This document shows, one piece after another, positions 8,000 through 17,878 of a stretch of DNA of 64,000 bases. The stretch's first letter is position 1. Every line of letters starts with the position of its first letter. The translations under genes and the position numbers were made by a program. Source of the stretch: a virus (lineage: Duplodnaviria; Heunggongvirae; Uroviricota; Caudoviricetes); IMG/VR virus record IMGVR_UViG_3300015615_000629, positions 1 to 64,000 of that record; one strand, 5' to 3'. The notes beneath the pieces were generated by a model that did not search any database, had not been told where the DNA came from, and worked only from the letters and a program-made list of their open reading frames with translations.

Positions 8000-8350
8000 T
8001 TACTCAGGGTCAGTATCGTAACCACCACAATTTTCAAGAAAATCTGCCAATGAACTTAGCCATTGCAGGAATTCTTTTGGCCCTTCTCCCCACCCGCCGT
8101 CTTCAATGACTTTAGTTAAAGTATCCGGAATATTGACAATAGCCGCACGAAGTTTCTGACTGCATTCTTTTGCAGCGTCAGAATCCATTACATAAGGAAT
8201 TCGTGGGTAATTGTAATCAAATTCCGCATGGCCCGTGTTTGAAAGCGGTAACTCAGCCTCACGAAAAACCAGCCCAAGAAGAATCCTGCCAGCAGAATTT
8301 ACGTCGAATTCTTCAATCTTTCTGTTGTTTGGGTAATAAGTTGTTCCCAT
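8000..8350 (-). CDS. hypothetical protein
   Basis: TGATG-coupled ORF. Confidence 0.7.
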   Translation of the reverse strand: MGTTYYPNNRKIEEFDVNSAGRILLGLVFREAELPLSNTGHAEFDYNYPRIPYVMDSDAAKECSQKLRAAIVNIPDTLTKVIEDGGWGEGPKEFLQWLSSLADFLENCGGYDTDPE

Positions 8351-8583
8351 CAGTCCACCCCAAACAATTCCCGAATCTTGGCCAACACCTTTTCCTTGTG
8401 TTCGGCCCGACTCAAGTTTTCGTCAATGTCCTGAATGTATTCGGCAAATTCCTTTTCATACCATTCGTAAAAGGTTTGCCGTTCAAGCACATCAAGAATC
8501 TTCTCAGCGTCCATTCGTGGCTTAGCCAAACGACGAGCCATCATTTCACACGCTTCTTGTTGTGTTAAAAGTGCGGTTTTCAT
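8350..8583 (-). CDS. hypothetical protein
   Basis: ATG 8583, 9 nt after motif 8593. Confidence 0.65.
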   Translation of the reverse strand: MKTALLTQQEACEMMARRLAKPRMDAEKILDVLERQTFYEWYEKEFAEYIQDIDENLSRAEHKEKVLAKIRELFGVD

Positions 8584-8900
8584 GCTTTCTCCGGTACAGA
8601 TAAAATTTCTTTCCAACCCTTATCCAAATCCTCAAACGTAACTAGCCAACGCTCTTTACGTTTGCCAGTTGAAAAGTCCGCTACGTCTTGTTGTGCTGTA
8701 AATCCATAAAGGTGAGCACAAGGCTTGCCAATATCAAGCCCTAATGCCGCTAACCCTTTACGAAATGTACCGAAGAGTTGACCCAACAAACAGTTACGCT
8801 CATCGTCCATGCGTAACTTATCTTTATTTATTTTGTCCCGCCAGCCAGGAACTTTATTATCTAAAAGTTCCCAGCCGGCAAGGATTCTTTGTTGAATCAT
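8580..8900 (-). CDS. conserved phage hypothetical protein
   Basis: LLD..PGWRDKIN...CLLGQLFG pattern. Confidence 0.7.
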   Translation of the reverse strand: MIQQRILAGWELLDNKVPGWRDKINKDKLRMDDERNCLLGQLFGTFRKGLAALGLDIGKPCAHLYGFTAQQDVADFSTGKRKERWLVTFEDLDKGWKEILSVPEKA

Positions 8901-8913
8901 ACTATTTTAAGGG

Positions 8914-9297
8914 ATGGAAACTTGCCCTATTTGTTTGAAGAAAACTAAAAATAGAACGCTGTGCCCATCCTGCCAAGTGAATTGCCGTCGCCGAGATATG
9001 AAAAAGAAACTTGTTGAATACAAGGGTGGAAAATGTGAGAAGTGCGGTTACGACAAATGTCTCGAAGCACTAACTTTTCACCATAGAAATCCTAAAGATA
9101 AGAGTTTCGTTATCTCTGGAAAACATTCCAAAAAACCTGCCATTCTATTTAATGAAGTGGACAAATGCGATTTACTTTGTCACAACTGCCACAACGAGGT
9201 TCACGCACAAGACCACGTGGAAAAATGGAAACGTTGGGATAATTATGTTGCCAATAAACCTCCTAAAATTAAAAAAGAGGTTATTGGAGCAAAGTAG
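8914..9297 (+). CDS. HNH endonuclease (free-standing homing type)
   Basis: GGKCEKCGY..LTFHH..P..K...KCDLLCHNCH motif. Confidence 0.85.
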   Translation: METCPICLKKTKNRTLCPSCQVNCRRRDMKKKLVEYKGGKCEKCGYDKCLEALTFHHRNPKDKSFVISGKHSKKPAILFNEVDKCDLLCHNCHNEVHAQDHVEKWKRWDNYVANKPPKIKKEVIGAK

Positions 9298-9368
9298 GAC
9301 ACCAGGGAATCGAACCCTATTCATCGCCCAGGATATAAGCCTAGCCACGATCCAACCGTCCGTGTCCC
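9295..9368 (-). tRNA. tRNA with UAU anticodon (Ile-AUA reader), atypical D arm
   Basis: GGGACAC/GTGTCCT acceptor, CTAGG-CTTATAT-CCTGG anticodon arm, TAGGG-TTCGATT-CCCTG T arm. Confidence 0.65.
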
Positions 9369-9374
9369 CTGGAA

Positions 9375-9686
9375 TCAAGCCGCCTCGGCTATTCTTTCTT
9401 CAAAGAATACCGGCCGCTCAACTGTTATGAGAGTTGTCGTCTTAAAAGAACAAGCACGACGCCCCACAAAAGTAATTACTACCGAATACGGACTGTATTG
9501 ATAGCATTCTCCCAACGCTTCCGCCATCAATCGGGCCGCCTTCAAAGCAGAAAACTTCTTCGGCCGACCACTCAAAATGCTCTTTGAACGATCTGCTACC
9601 GATTGATGAAACAAGGTGGTTCCCTTTACGAAACCATACCCCGGAACGTAATCGCCACTCTTCACTCGACAGGCTTCAACTTGCAT
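9375..9686 (-). CDS. hypothetical protein
   Basis: GGAG SD. Confidence 0.65.
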   Translation of the reverse strand: MQVEACRVKSGDYVPGYGFVKGTTLFHQSVADRSKSILSGRPKKFSALKAARLMAEALGECYQYSPYSVVITFVGRRACSFKTTTLITVERPVFFEERIAEAA

Positions 9687-9715
9687 GATGTTACTCCGAA
9701 GAATTCCGGTACAGG

Positions 9716-9892
9716 TTAGGTTTCACGGGCCTCAAGTGCTTCCGCAAATATCTCTTGTTCAAATGTCATCCCTGCAAGGAATGCCCGATACGCAATTTCT
9801 TCAACCTCATGCGGAATCACCTCACATCGGAATTCCTGCCGAAACCATTTCCTAAACCGTTCTTTATATTCCTCCGGCTTGGGTTGAGCCAT
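9716..9892 (-). CDS. 58-aa hypothetical protein (not in ORF track)
   Basis: MAQPKPEEYK...; stop fused to motif 9708. Confidence 0.55.
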   Translation of the reverse strand: MAQPKPEEYKERFRKWFRQEFRCEVIPHEVEEIAYRAFLAGMTFEQEIFAEALEARET

Positions 9893-9913
9893 TGTACCAC
9901 TTTCTGTGTTTTG

Positions 9914-10318
9914 TCAAGTCCCAACAGAACTATACATGCAAGCAGTCGCCAAAAGAATTATCGACTGAGGTAAATCAAATAATGTATTTACCTCTAGAAC
10001 CAGTTGCCCGTTTTCCCTCTTAACCCCTAATCTCTCAAGGAGTTGCGTATCAAACTGTGGATCGCCACCACCCGTCAAATTCCGCCGATATTCCCAAGTA
10101 TCAGCAAAATCTGACAGTATAAATCCTCCATCTTTCTTCACCAAAAACACATCGATGCTTTCACCATTGGGACGAATAAATGGTGTTACAAGTTGAATTC
10201 GTTCGTCATTAGCATCCACAACCTTCCCAACTTGGTAAGAAAGTAAACCCTTTATTTTGTCTCGCAAGGTTTCCACGTTAAAATCCAGTTCTTTGTGTGC
10301 GGTTTTGATGCCAGCCAA
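9914..10318 (-). CDS. DUF1828-like protein
   Basis: TPF..PNGE.I.VF....GFILSD motif. Confidence 0.65.
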   Translation of the reverse strand: MAGIKTAHKELDFNVETLRDKIKGLLSYQVGKVVDANDERIQLVTPFIRPNGESIDVFLVKKDGGFILSDFADTWEYRRNLTGGGDPQFDTQLLERLGVKRENGQLVLEVNTLFDLPQSIILLATACMYSSVGT

Positions 10319-10432
10319 TCGGCAAAATGTTCGTCAAACCCTGCCTCGCCCTCACAAATTAAAAAATTCGGTTTTTCAATTTTAGGATTAAAAAACCAGC
10401 CCGCCTTGTCATGCAAAACCTTTAACGACATT

Positions 10433-10744
10433 TTATTTGCTATCCGTCACTTCAACAGAATGAAGGGTGTTATCTGGCCAGAATGAATCCGAAGTCGTCG
10501 TGATAATCTGAAAAGGAACTTCTTCATCATCTTCATAAAGATGATCACCTACCGAAACAATGTAAGTTTGTTCACTAGGATCCTCCTCGATGTCCGCTTC
10601 GCAGTTTTTCTGCTTGCCTTTCACCCAGCGTTCCAGAACTCCATGAATATCATCTTTATCAGTGCGAACAATAACATGCCGCTTAATTCGCACAGGAATT
10701 AATTGGGTTATTTCAATCGTACAGTAAACCTTACGCTCGCTCAT
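10433..10744 (-). CDS. hypothetical protein
   Basis: GGAG before ATG 10744. Confidence 0.6.
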   Translation of the reverse strand: MSERKVYCTIEITQLIPVRIKRHVIVRTDKDDIHGVLERWVKGKQKNCEADIEEDPSEQTYIVSVGDHLYEDDEEVPFQIITTTSDSFWPDNTLHSVEVTDSK

Positions 10745-10896
10745 TGCTCCGCTCCCAGACATAAGACAGAAGTGTCCCAAACCCAAAAATGACAACAAAA
10801 CACTTGGCTAGGTTCGCGGCACACTCAAACAACGGATGCCCGCCAAAACCTAAAAAAGCGAAAATTACAGTTGTGAAAAAGAAAATCAGTGTCATG

Positions 10897-11136
10897 TTAA
10901 TCGTTAATGATTAAAAGTTTGCCGCCCTTGTCCCCAACAAACCACCAGCCAACATATTCGCCGTCCCTCACATCCCCACTTTCAAAAGTAAAGGTTTCTT
11001 GGTCTTCCGGAAAAGACACAGTTATTTCGTGAACGTTCGCTTTATATTCCGGAAGATGTTGCAACGTACTGATTTCGGCAGTTATTTGCCGTCTGCCTGC
11101 CTTTTCCGTTACTGAAAAATGTTTGGAGTCAATCAT
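10897..11136 (-). CDS. hypothetical protein
   Basis: ATG 9 nt after motif 11146. Confidence 0.7.
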   Translation of the reverse strand: MIDSKHFSVTEKAGRRQITAEISTLQHLPEYKANVHEITVSFPEDQETFTFESGDVRDGEYVGWWFVGDKGGKLLIIND

Positions 11137-11591
11137 GCCGTTTCCGGTACAGGTTCAGCACGTAAGTCCTGCCATGCCAAACCATTCAAATTACTCAACA
11201 GTCTGAACCCATTGAGCCAATCGTCAATTATACTAAACGTATTACGTTTCTCAATCCTAAATCTTTGCACCAATTTAAGATTAAGTGGCACACCATAGTA
11301 ACCCATTAAGCCAGTTGCTGTTACGTCAATTACCTGCTCGCCGTCCACACACCACCCATGTAGAATCGGTACACCTTCAACTTCGGCATATCCTTCTACA
11401 TAAGTCAACCCCTTTTTCTTCGCCAAATGAAAAGCATTATCAAAACAACGATGCGGCGTCATTATACGATAACCTTTTGGCAAAGTATTAGGAGAATATT
11501 CCCGCCCATGCTCAAGTACAAATTGAGCAAATGTAGGAATTGCATATTTTCCCTTGCCCATCTGATGAAGAATTTGTTCAAGATTGCTCAT
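11133..11591 (-). CDS. transglutaminase-like hypothetical protein
   Basis: CFDNA...YVEGYA...HGW...IDVT (Cys-His-Asp) pattern. Confidence 0.55.
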   Translation of the reverse strand: MSNLEQILHQMGKGKYAIPTFAQFVLEHGREYSPNTLPKGYRIMTPHRCFDNAFHLAKKKGLTYVEGYAEVEGVPILHGWCVDGEQVIDVTATGLMGYYGVPLNLKLVQRFRIEKRNTFSIIDDWLNGFRLLSNLNGLAWQDLRAEPVPETA

Positions 11592-12010
11592 TTCTTTTCC
11601 CCTGGATAATGAATCGTTTTCCAAGTATCTTGCAATTCAAGCCGAGCCCTACTTACGTCTTGAAGATGTTCTTGATATTCGGGATCGTCATCTACCACAA
11701 CCTGTTCAGCCGTGGTAACATACGTCCCACGAGCCATCGCTGCAATCACCTTCTTAACCAAATTCAAAGTGTCTTCCGTTACCTGCCCGACACAAACGCC
11801 AAGATCAAGACTCTGTTTGGGAACCCAAATCGCTTGCCCACAACGTAACCATAACGGACGCCCTGGTACAGGTACATCGGCTGGCCCATTCTGTGGATAA
11901 GAATCGCCAGGAACTACCAACATAATAGGTTCTTCATCAAGTTGACGAACCACAAGCCATTCAACGTCCAACTCAATTGCTGAATTAAATACAAATAAGT
12001 CACCAATCAC
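11588..12010 (-). CDS. hypothetical protein
   Basis: GTGA-coupled ORF. Confidence 0.6.
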   Translation of the reverse strand: MIGDLFVFNSAIELDVEWLVVRQLDEEPIMLVVPGDSYPQNGPADVPVPGRPLWLRCGQAIWVPKQSLDLGVCVGQVTEDTLNLVKKVIAAMARGTYVTTAEQVVVDDDPEYQEHLQDVSRARLELQDTWKTIHYPGEKK

Positions 12011-12300
12011 TTCGACACCTTTGTTACTTTGCCGTAAATGCTTGTGGTCCAACCGTTTACGCCACCACGATTGTTTCCTATTTGATATCGCTTGCCCTGG
12101 ATTGCCAATACTTTATGCACGTATTGACGACCAGAAACTTTACACAAAACCATATCCCCAACAGATAAAGAAGAAATATCAGGGGATACAGTAACCAGAT
12201 CGCCACTGTGAATCAATGGCACCATCGAATTGCCCCGAGGCCGGAAACTTACTTCCTTGCCAGCCTCTAAATCAGAAATGTAAGAAGTCGCCCATCCCAT
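12007..12300 (-). CDS. S24/S26-family peptidase-like protein
   Basis: GNSM.PLI.SGD.V and VHKV motifs. Confidence 0.75.
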   Translation of the reverse strand: MGWATSYISDLEAGKEVSFRPRGNSMVPLIHSGDLVTVSPDISSLSVGDMVLCKVSGRQYVHKVLAIQGKRYQIGNNRGGVNGWTTSIYGKVTKVSK

Positions 12301-12318
12301 GAGCAATTTAGGTACAGG

Positions 12319-12702
12319 TTAATGCCACCAAAGAACCACTGGCGTTTCAGGCGGCAACGCCCGTAGGAATCGAATTACTGCTAAATTCCATTTTCCTATG
12401 GTCTTATCTGTTTTAACTTTACGGAATTCCTTTGCACGTACAAATGTTAAAGGATCTCCATAAGGTGTAGTTGTACATACTTCAATCCCTTCATCCCCAT
12501 ACACTTCTACACGCTTGCCTTCCGGAACCGGACTATCTTCCATAACCGCAACTATGTCATTGCCAGCCTCATCCTCCACACCCGTTAGCCCCATTTGAGC
12601 AAACAATTCGTAATTGCGGTCGAAACTTATCCGCTCGTGAAGCAACCACCAATGCGTATTGTCCCACCGAACAGGACAAACTGTTAAATCAACCCCCATC
12701 AC
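12319..12702 (-). CDS. hypothetical protein
   Basis: ORF; stop fused to motif 12311. Confidence 0.7.
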   Translation of the reverse strand: MMGVDLTVCPVRWDNTHWWLLHERISFDRNYELFAQMGLTGVEDEAGNDIVAVMEDSPVPEGKRVEVYGDEGIEVCTTTPYGDPLTFVRAKEFRKVKTDKTIGKWNLAVIRFLRALPPETPVVLWWH

Positions 12703-13057
12703 CTAACTCCAAATTCCTTAACTTATCTTCAAGATTATTTATCGCAACTCGTTGCCGCCGAATATGTTCCACCACTTCTGATTGCTCTGTATCAGGAAAT
12801 ATCACAAACTTGTTTTCTTCTATGACTTCTGTTACCGCCCGTATAAACTCGCTCGAACGGTTATACAGACTCGCTATCTCACCTGCAAACTGTGTACATT
12901 CATCGTAACCCCAATCTGTATTAAACCAACAGACTGCGTCGGAAGCGTCATCCTCGTAAGGGCTTAGAAGAACCCAAGGAGGGCCATCAGGCATACCATC
13001 CGTAGTATCCTGGTCGAAATGAAGGTACAGTTTTTCTATTTGAGCAAGAGAATTCAT
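12689..13057 (-). CDS. hypothetical protein
   Basis: ORF directly after tRNA-Lys. Confidence 0.6.
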   Translation of the reverse strand: MNSLAQIEKLYLHFDQDTTDGMPDGPPWVLLSPYEDDASDAVCWFNTDWGYDECTQFAGEIASLYNRSSEFIRAVTEVIEENKFVIFPDTEQSEVVEHIRRQRVAINNLEDKLRNLELGDGG

Positions 13058-13063
13058 GGAAAG

Positions 13064-13135
13064 TAGGACCGTCGGGACTTGAACCCGCTTCTATAGGTTA
13101 AAAGCCTATTGCATCACCATAAATGCTTCGATCCC
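13064..13135 (-). tRNA. tRNA-Lys(UUU)
   Basis: Cloverleaf with ATAGG-CTTTTAA-CCTAT anticodon arm and TTCAAGT T loop. Confidence 0.85.
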
Positions 13136-13144
13136 AAAGAACCC

Positions 13145-13483
13145 TTAAGCCGCCTTCCACATCTGCTTGGATTCCATTTCGTAAAGAACCGCCTTCCCAC
13201 GCCCAGAAGCACGTAACTTCACAACCGTTGGTGTCTGAAACCAACCATGCTCCCGAATCGGACAATCCGTCTCCCTAATCCCAAAATATCGCATGATCAC
13301 CGCCAAATCACGCAAATCTAAATCCGTTGCGTGAATTCCAATATCCCCATCCAAATTGTGAATGTAATTGCCATTGTACCGAGGCAACCCATCCAACCCT
13401 AACGCTCGCCCACGCTCCTTAAAGATATACTCGTCTACCTCTTCCCATACCTTGTCGTCACGCTGCAAAAAGAATTGATTCAT
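13145..13483 (-). CDS. hypothetical protein
   Basis: ATGA-coupled ORF. Confidence 0.65.
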   Translation of the reverse strand: MNQFFLQRDDKVWEEVDEYIFKERGRALGLDGLPRYNGNYIHNLDGDIGIHATDLDLRDLAVIMRYFGIRETDCPIREHGWFQTPTVVKLRASGRGKAVLYEMESKQMWKAA

Positions 13484-13767
13484 TGAAGAATCTCCATGTC
13501 GTTTAATTCATGGTCGTCAGAAGTTGCAAACCGTACCGTTCGCACCATCGGTACAGGTTCAAACTTTGAACAACCGCATTTCCTGCAATAATTCATCCCG
13601 TTCTCTACAAGCAAACGAGTAGAATATTGCTTGCCACAAAACGTACAAGAACTATACGCTGACTTAGTTCCCTGAAAATATTCTTCCCCCTTCTCCCTAG
13701 CCATTTCCTCCGATTCTGCCTCAACCAATATCCACTTGGCTAAAGTGGCGACGTAATATTGATTCAC
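13480..13767 (-). CDS. Zn-ribbon hypothetical protein
   Basis: CTFC and CRKC pairs. Confidence 0.6.
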   Translation of the reverse strand: MNQYYVATLAKWILVEAESEEMAREKGEEYFQGTKSAYSSCTFCGKQYSTRLLVENGMNYCRKCGCSKFEPVPMVRTVRFATSDDHELNDMEILQ

Positions 13768-14099
13768 TTTTCTACCCTCTTAAATCCTGACTCAGTCCAA
13801 ACATATCGCCAATTATGCGGCTCAGTAATGTAAACAAAACGATCCGCTGGCAATGTCGTCAATTGCTCAAACAAATTCAATATCGCATCTTCAATCTTCT
13901 CCCCACGCCCCATTACACTATAAATGAAAAAGTTATCCCCTACACAGACCTTATCACTCCATACCCCATACTCCCCATTCTGACACCCTATCATCCAATT
14001 CGGCCACAACTCCTGCAAAAGATTAAACTTATTTTCTACAGATGCCTCCTCATTGGATACAATATACAACCCAGGATGCTCAGCATTCGCTACGTTCAT
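13764..14099 (-). CDS. hypothetical protein
   Basis: ATGA-coupled start at 14099. Confidence 0.6.
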   Translation of the reverse strand: MNVANAEHPGLYIVSNEEASVENKFNLLQELWPNWMIGCQNGEYGVWSDKVCVGDNFFIYSVMGRGEKIEDAILNLFEQLTTLPADRFVYITEPHNWRYVWTESGFKRVEK

Positions 14100-14359
14100 G
14101 CCATTACCTTTACTGATGCTAATGGATTGCATTCCACCACCTTGTTCAAATCTTCTGAATTGACATCCCTTACCCAAGCATCAACACTGCTCACGTAATG
14201 GCGTGCTAAAACCTTACTACCCAAAGGTTTACAGAAATTGTAAACCTCATGTCCAGATACAATATCAATTTTCTTGATTCGATACTTGCCAGGAGAAAGA
14301 CCTCCTAACATTACCCACCCATGAACCTCAACAATCGAGCCAACAGATAACTTAGACAT
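14096..14359 (-). CDS. hypothetical protein
   Basis: ORF; start MSKLSVG. Confidence 0.6.
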   Translation of the reverse strand: MSKLSVGSIVEVHGWVMLGGLSPGKYRIKKIDIVSGHEVYNFCKPLGSKVLARHYVSSVDAWVRDVNSEDLNKVVECNPLASVKVMA

Positions 14360-14579
14360 GATATCCAGCCTTTTTAAGTTCTTCCAAACTCTCAGCAGAA
14401 TTCTCATCCAACTGCATGAGTTTGTTCAATCGAGCCAAATCATGCCGAAAAGTAGTTCGCTCAAGATGCTGCCAAAGATTATAATCATTCTCTTCTGCAC
14501 TATCCCCACAGGACATAAGAACAAACAGGTCTTCAAAGACTCTGCTCTTGGCCCGTAGAATGGATTCTTGAATTGTCAT
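14352..14579 (-). CDS. hypothetical protein
   Basis: ATG 9 nt after motif 14589. Confidence 0.65.
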   Translation of the reverse strand: MTIQESILRAKSRVFEDLFVLMSCGDSAEENDYNLWQHLERTTFRHDLARLNKLMQLDENSAESLEELKKAGYHV

Positions 14580-14615
14580 GGCTATTCAGGTACAGATTAG
14601 AAAGGCAAATCTCCA

Positions 14616-15350
14616 TTACCCCATCTGTCCTGCCTTCTCCAATACGTAACCCCTTATACGCTCACGACATACAACATACTCCCCGCTCTGATATGGATGA
14701 AATTGACGAACAAAGTACGTCAAAGCAGGTACAGTATAAAGTTTACCCAAATTCAACCCATCCTCCACCACCAACTCCACCCACTCTTCCACATTCTCCC
14801 CCAACTTAACCGGACAACGACCAGCAGGGGCTACTATCAAATTTCTAGTATGCCCAAATGCCGTCGCACTTACTGCCACCCACTTGTCTATCTCGTCAGG
14901 TGCCAATACCGCCTTCGGCTTTTCAGGAACTGGCTCTTCCGAAACCCTTTCCTTCCTTGGACTTACGTATCCAAAACTCCATTCTTTAATTCTGGAAGCA
15001 ACAACAGAAGGGGAGATACCAACATATTCCTCAGCAATAACCTTACACAATTCTGTAAAGTTAAATTGCCCATTATGTTTGGTAAAGATTGTCGTCAACC
15101 GTTCCCTGTCTACCTCTACTGCCGCCTTTCCACGCTTCCCAACTACAGTCTTTACCTCCAATTCCCAATCCGAAATCCTTAATCCAACAATTGTTGGATT
15201 AATTGGATCGTAATCCTTGTTCTCAGAATTATATCGTTCCGATACCAAACGATATAATTCTGCTAATGTAGACAAAGGACCAGAAGATTCCACATCCTTG
15301 ATGATCTTCTCAAATGATTCCCTGTTTACTACTATCGGTGTTCTTGCCAT
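14616..15350 (-). CDS. tandem-domain putative DNA-binding protein, paralog of 521..1078
   Basis: Two copies of a ...I.P..V..RI..W unit. Confidence 0.7.
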   Translation of the reverse strand: MARTPIVVNRESFEKIIKDVESSGPLSTLAELYRLVSERYNSENKDYDPINPTIVGLRISDWELEVKTVVGKRGKAAVEVDRERLTTIFTKHNGQFNFTELCKVIAEEYVGISPSVVASRIKEWSFGYVSPRKERVSEEPVPEKPKAVLAPDEIDKWVAVSATAFGHTRNLIVAPAGRCPVKLGENVEEWVELVVEDGLNLGKLYTVPALTYFVRQFHPYQSGEYVVCRERIRGYVLEKAGQMG

Positions 15351-15817
15351 TATTGGTCCAATTCGTTCTTAACACATACACGACAACGACTTAGGTTCAC
15401 AAAGTCAATTACTTTTTCGATTTCAACCCGTTGTTCGGTACTCAGGTCATCAGGTTCTTGGTACAGGTCAAGTAAGTCAGGCACATTCAAATTACCCAAA
15501 ATACTATCGAAATGTTCGTTTGTAATTTCCCTAAGAGACTGATTGGCTGCCAGAATGAGTATGCTGCCATCGCTCGAATCTGGGAAATTTTTCTTCTGGT
15601 GCTGAAAATTGGTTTCAGTATAACTTTTGAAATCAGAATCCTCCATTGATTCTTTTATTTCTTCAGGACTGAGACTTTGGTTTTCTAGCCAATTCTCGTC
15701 GTAGAACTCAATGTCGCGATGACACCAACCATCTTCTGCCAATTCCTCACAAATTCTGTCAAGGAATTCGTTAATGGCTTGTTTGGCCAGAGCGTTACAC
15801 TTGTCTTGAATGTCCAT
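15350..15817 (-). CDS. acidic hypothetical protein
   Basis: TAATG-coupled ORF. Confidence 0.65.
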   Translation of the reverse strand: MDIQDKCNALAKQAINEFLDRICEELAEDGWCHRDIEFYDENWLENQSLSPEEIKESMEDSDFKSYTETNFQHQKKNFPDSSDGSILILAANQSLREITNEHFDSILGNLNVPDLLDLYQEPDDLSTEQRVEIEKVIDFVNLSRCRVCVKNELDQ

Positions 15818-15818
15818 T

Positions 15819-16112
15819 TTAACTCAGAATTCTGGGGAACGGTCTGAAAAAATACCCCGCTGCTGCGGCGTAATCTTCTCTTGTTCGTTTATACTTTCGG
15901 GGACGATAAAGAAAAATCACATCCCCAGAATAAAAAACCCTTGTTTTATTCTCTTTGTCCAATACCGTGAATCGGTCAAATATAGGTTTCTTCTTGTCAA
16001 GAATCTCAAACCGCTGTACTGCCACTACCTTAAACACCTGCCGCTTTGCACCCACAAGAAGTAACTTCTTATACTTCCGACTGTATGTTACCCTGTCTCC
16101 TGCTCTTATCAT
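15819..16112 (-). CDS. basic hypothetical protein
   Basis: ORF. Confidence 0.55.
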   Translation of the reverse strand: MIRAGDRVTYSRKYKKLLLVGAKRQVFKVVAVQRFEILDKKKPIFDRFTVLDKENKTRVFYSGDVIFLYRPRKYKRTREDYAAAAGYFFRPFPRILS

Positions 16113-16510
16113 GGCTCTACAATGCCCGTAAACGCACCAGAATCAAATATAATATTGATTCATGGTTTATTTGATACAAAGTACGTTTTGGTTTTCTCTT
16201 TTAATTAAAAAAGCCCCTAGCCGATTTAGAGCGACTTCACGTTCGGTACAGATTTGGCTGGTATCATCAAGATAGCGAGTATCTCTCCCCAACCTTATCG
16301 GTACAGATTAACTCTAAATCGTCTGGGGCTCTTGTCGCGTCCAATCAACCACAACCCGTACATCTAATTTAGAACCGTCTGGCCTGTGAATTCCCAGAAC
16401 AGACCGGCGTCCAAGATAAGACAAATTCCGGATTGGAACGGAATCCCACATCTCACGCAACTACATTAGTCGCCGACTCTTGGCGGTCGTGTTACCTCCA
16501 AAGCAAAAGC

Positions 16511-16539
16511 ATTCTAGCCTAAACTCTTGTCAATGTCAA
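16511..16539 (-). promoter_or_regulatory. host sigma-70 promoter
   Basis: TTGACA-17 nt-TAGAAT. Confidence 0.7.
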
Positions 16540-16545
16540 CTTGCG

Positions 16546-16558
16546 TAAGTTGTTGATT
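16546..16558 (-). promoter_or_regulatory. IHF-consensus site
   Basis: AATCAACAACTTA matches WATCAANNNNTTR. Confidence 0.45.
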
Positions 16559-17057
16559 TATAAGAGTTTAGTGGCTAAGACCATGATTTGGGAGATAGAG
16601 AAACCGAAAAGAGCCCATCCTATAGTTTGTTTCTTTTTGATAAGAAACAAACTGAGTAGAAAGAGCGGTACAGAAATAGCAAAAAGTATTTCGCTGCGAT
16701 TCACGGCTATTCCTTTTTATTTTGTTCTTTAAGTCCGATGATACCGATAACGGTACAGAGTAGGGCAGGCGGCACAAGGGCGAGTGCTTCTGGAAAGTTT
16801 AAGAAAGCGGCTGTAATACAAACCGCAATTAAAGCCAAACCTCCAAGAAAAGCAGTTAAATACATTTTATTTTAATTCCTTTTAAGTAAAAATGTTTGTT
16901 TTTACGGGGAAAATGAGTGAAAACGAGCACGGTCTAGGACTCAAAAACTCCAATTTTTCCTCCTATCCACCCCTCCCCTCCCCAACTTTTTCCCCTCTTT
17001 GTCACACGTTGCCGTGAGCTAAACTAGGAATTTACATGGAAAACGGTACAGGTTTGG

Positions 17058-17822
17058 TTAGCGGATTGGTTTGGAATGTTCGATTTCTTTCTTTGTGAAG
17101 GGGATATTGAGTAAATACCCTCTTACTTCGTTGAGTATGTCGGCTGGATTGGTATGTCGTGTATCGTTTCCATCCCGATTGGCGAGAATATCTTGCAATT
17201 GTTGAACGTGTTGCCAATTTTGAGCGGTTTCATTCTGTTCGGGGGTCATATCCGGCACAGATAGGTCAACCGCAGGCAGGGGTCGTGGGTCGAGTGAATC
17301 GGCACGAGTGGTTTTGTTTGCTAGTTGATATTCATAAATGTTTGTAGCATTAGGCTGAAATGGCTGTTGTTTCAGGATACAATCGGCGTGGTATCCGTTA
17401 TAGATAGAGCCATCTTGACGACGTTGGGGCAAGTCCCATTGTTTCCAGTTCCCTACCAGGGCGACGGGCATTAAGCGTTTGTCTGGCAGAACGTTACAGC
17501 GAACGTATTCATTAAATCCGTTATTATAATGAACAATATCGCCGGTATTGAGGGTATTGTAGAAGTTATCGCAATGGGTAGCGAGTTGTTCCCAGAGGTT
17601 TTCAAAGTTTTTGGAGCCGTTAATTTCTTTGGTGGAGAAGAGTTTAACGGTTCCGAAGAAGTCACAGGGGACGGTTTTGCCATCGATTTCGTAATATTCA
17701 TCGATAACGCATTGCCATGCTTGGGGGCCGGCTTTCTTAACAACCCGCCACAAAGGGTTTCCGTCGGCGTAGGTGGAGCGAAAGGTTTGTCCGACGAGGG
17801 ATTTCTGTAGTGTTTTTGCCAT
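17058..17822 (-). CDS. hypothetical protein
   Basis: 254-aa ORF downstream of motif 17865. Confidence 0.75.
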   Translation of the reverse strand: MAKTLQKSLVGQTFRSTYADGNPLWRVVKKAGPQAWQCVIDEYYEIDGKTVPCDFFGTVKLFSTKEINGSKNFENLWEQLATHCDNFYNTLNTGDIVHYNNGFNEYVRCNVLPDKRLMPVALVGNWKQWDLPQRRQDGSIYNGYHADCILKQQPFQPNATNIYEYQLANKTTRADSLDPRPLPAVDLSVPDMTPEQNETAQNWQHVQQLQDILANRDGNDTRHTNPADILNEVRGYLLNIPFTKKEIEHSKPIR

Positions 17823-17878
17823 GATTTATAATTCCCTTTGGTTTGGTGGTTTGGTAGAGATTTTGGTACAGGTTGGGT

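Larger units (their letters stand above)
16113..17057. other. large non-coding block at a GC-skew inversion (candidate replication origin)
   Basis: No convincing ORF; + strand C-rich to the left and G-rich to the right with no change of coding strand. Confidence 0.5.

Noticed and set aside
9891-9917. TTGACA...TACAAT sigma-70 promoter
   Set aside because: Spacer is only 15 nt and the -10 overlaps the ATG of the next gene.
15448-15468. Motif 15460 with ATG at the canonical distance
   Set aside because: The ATG is out of frame inside a gene and reads ATG ACC TGA; probably coincidental.
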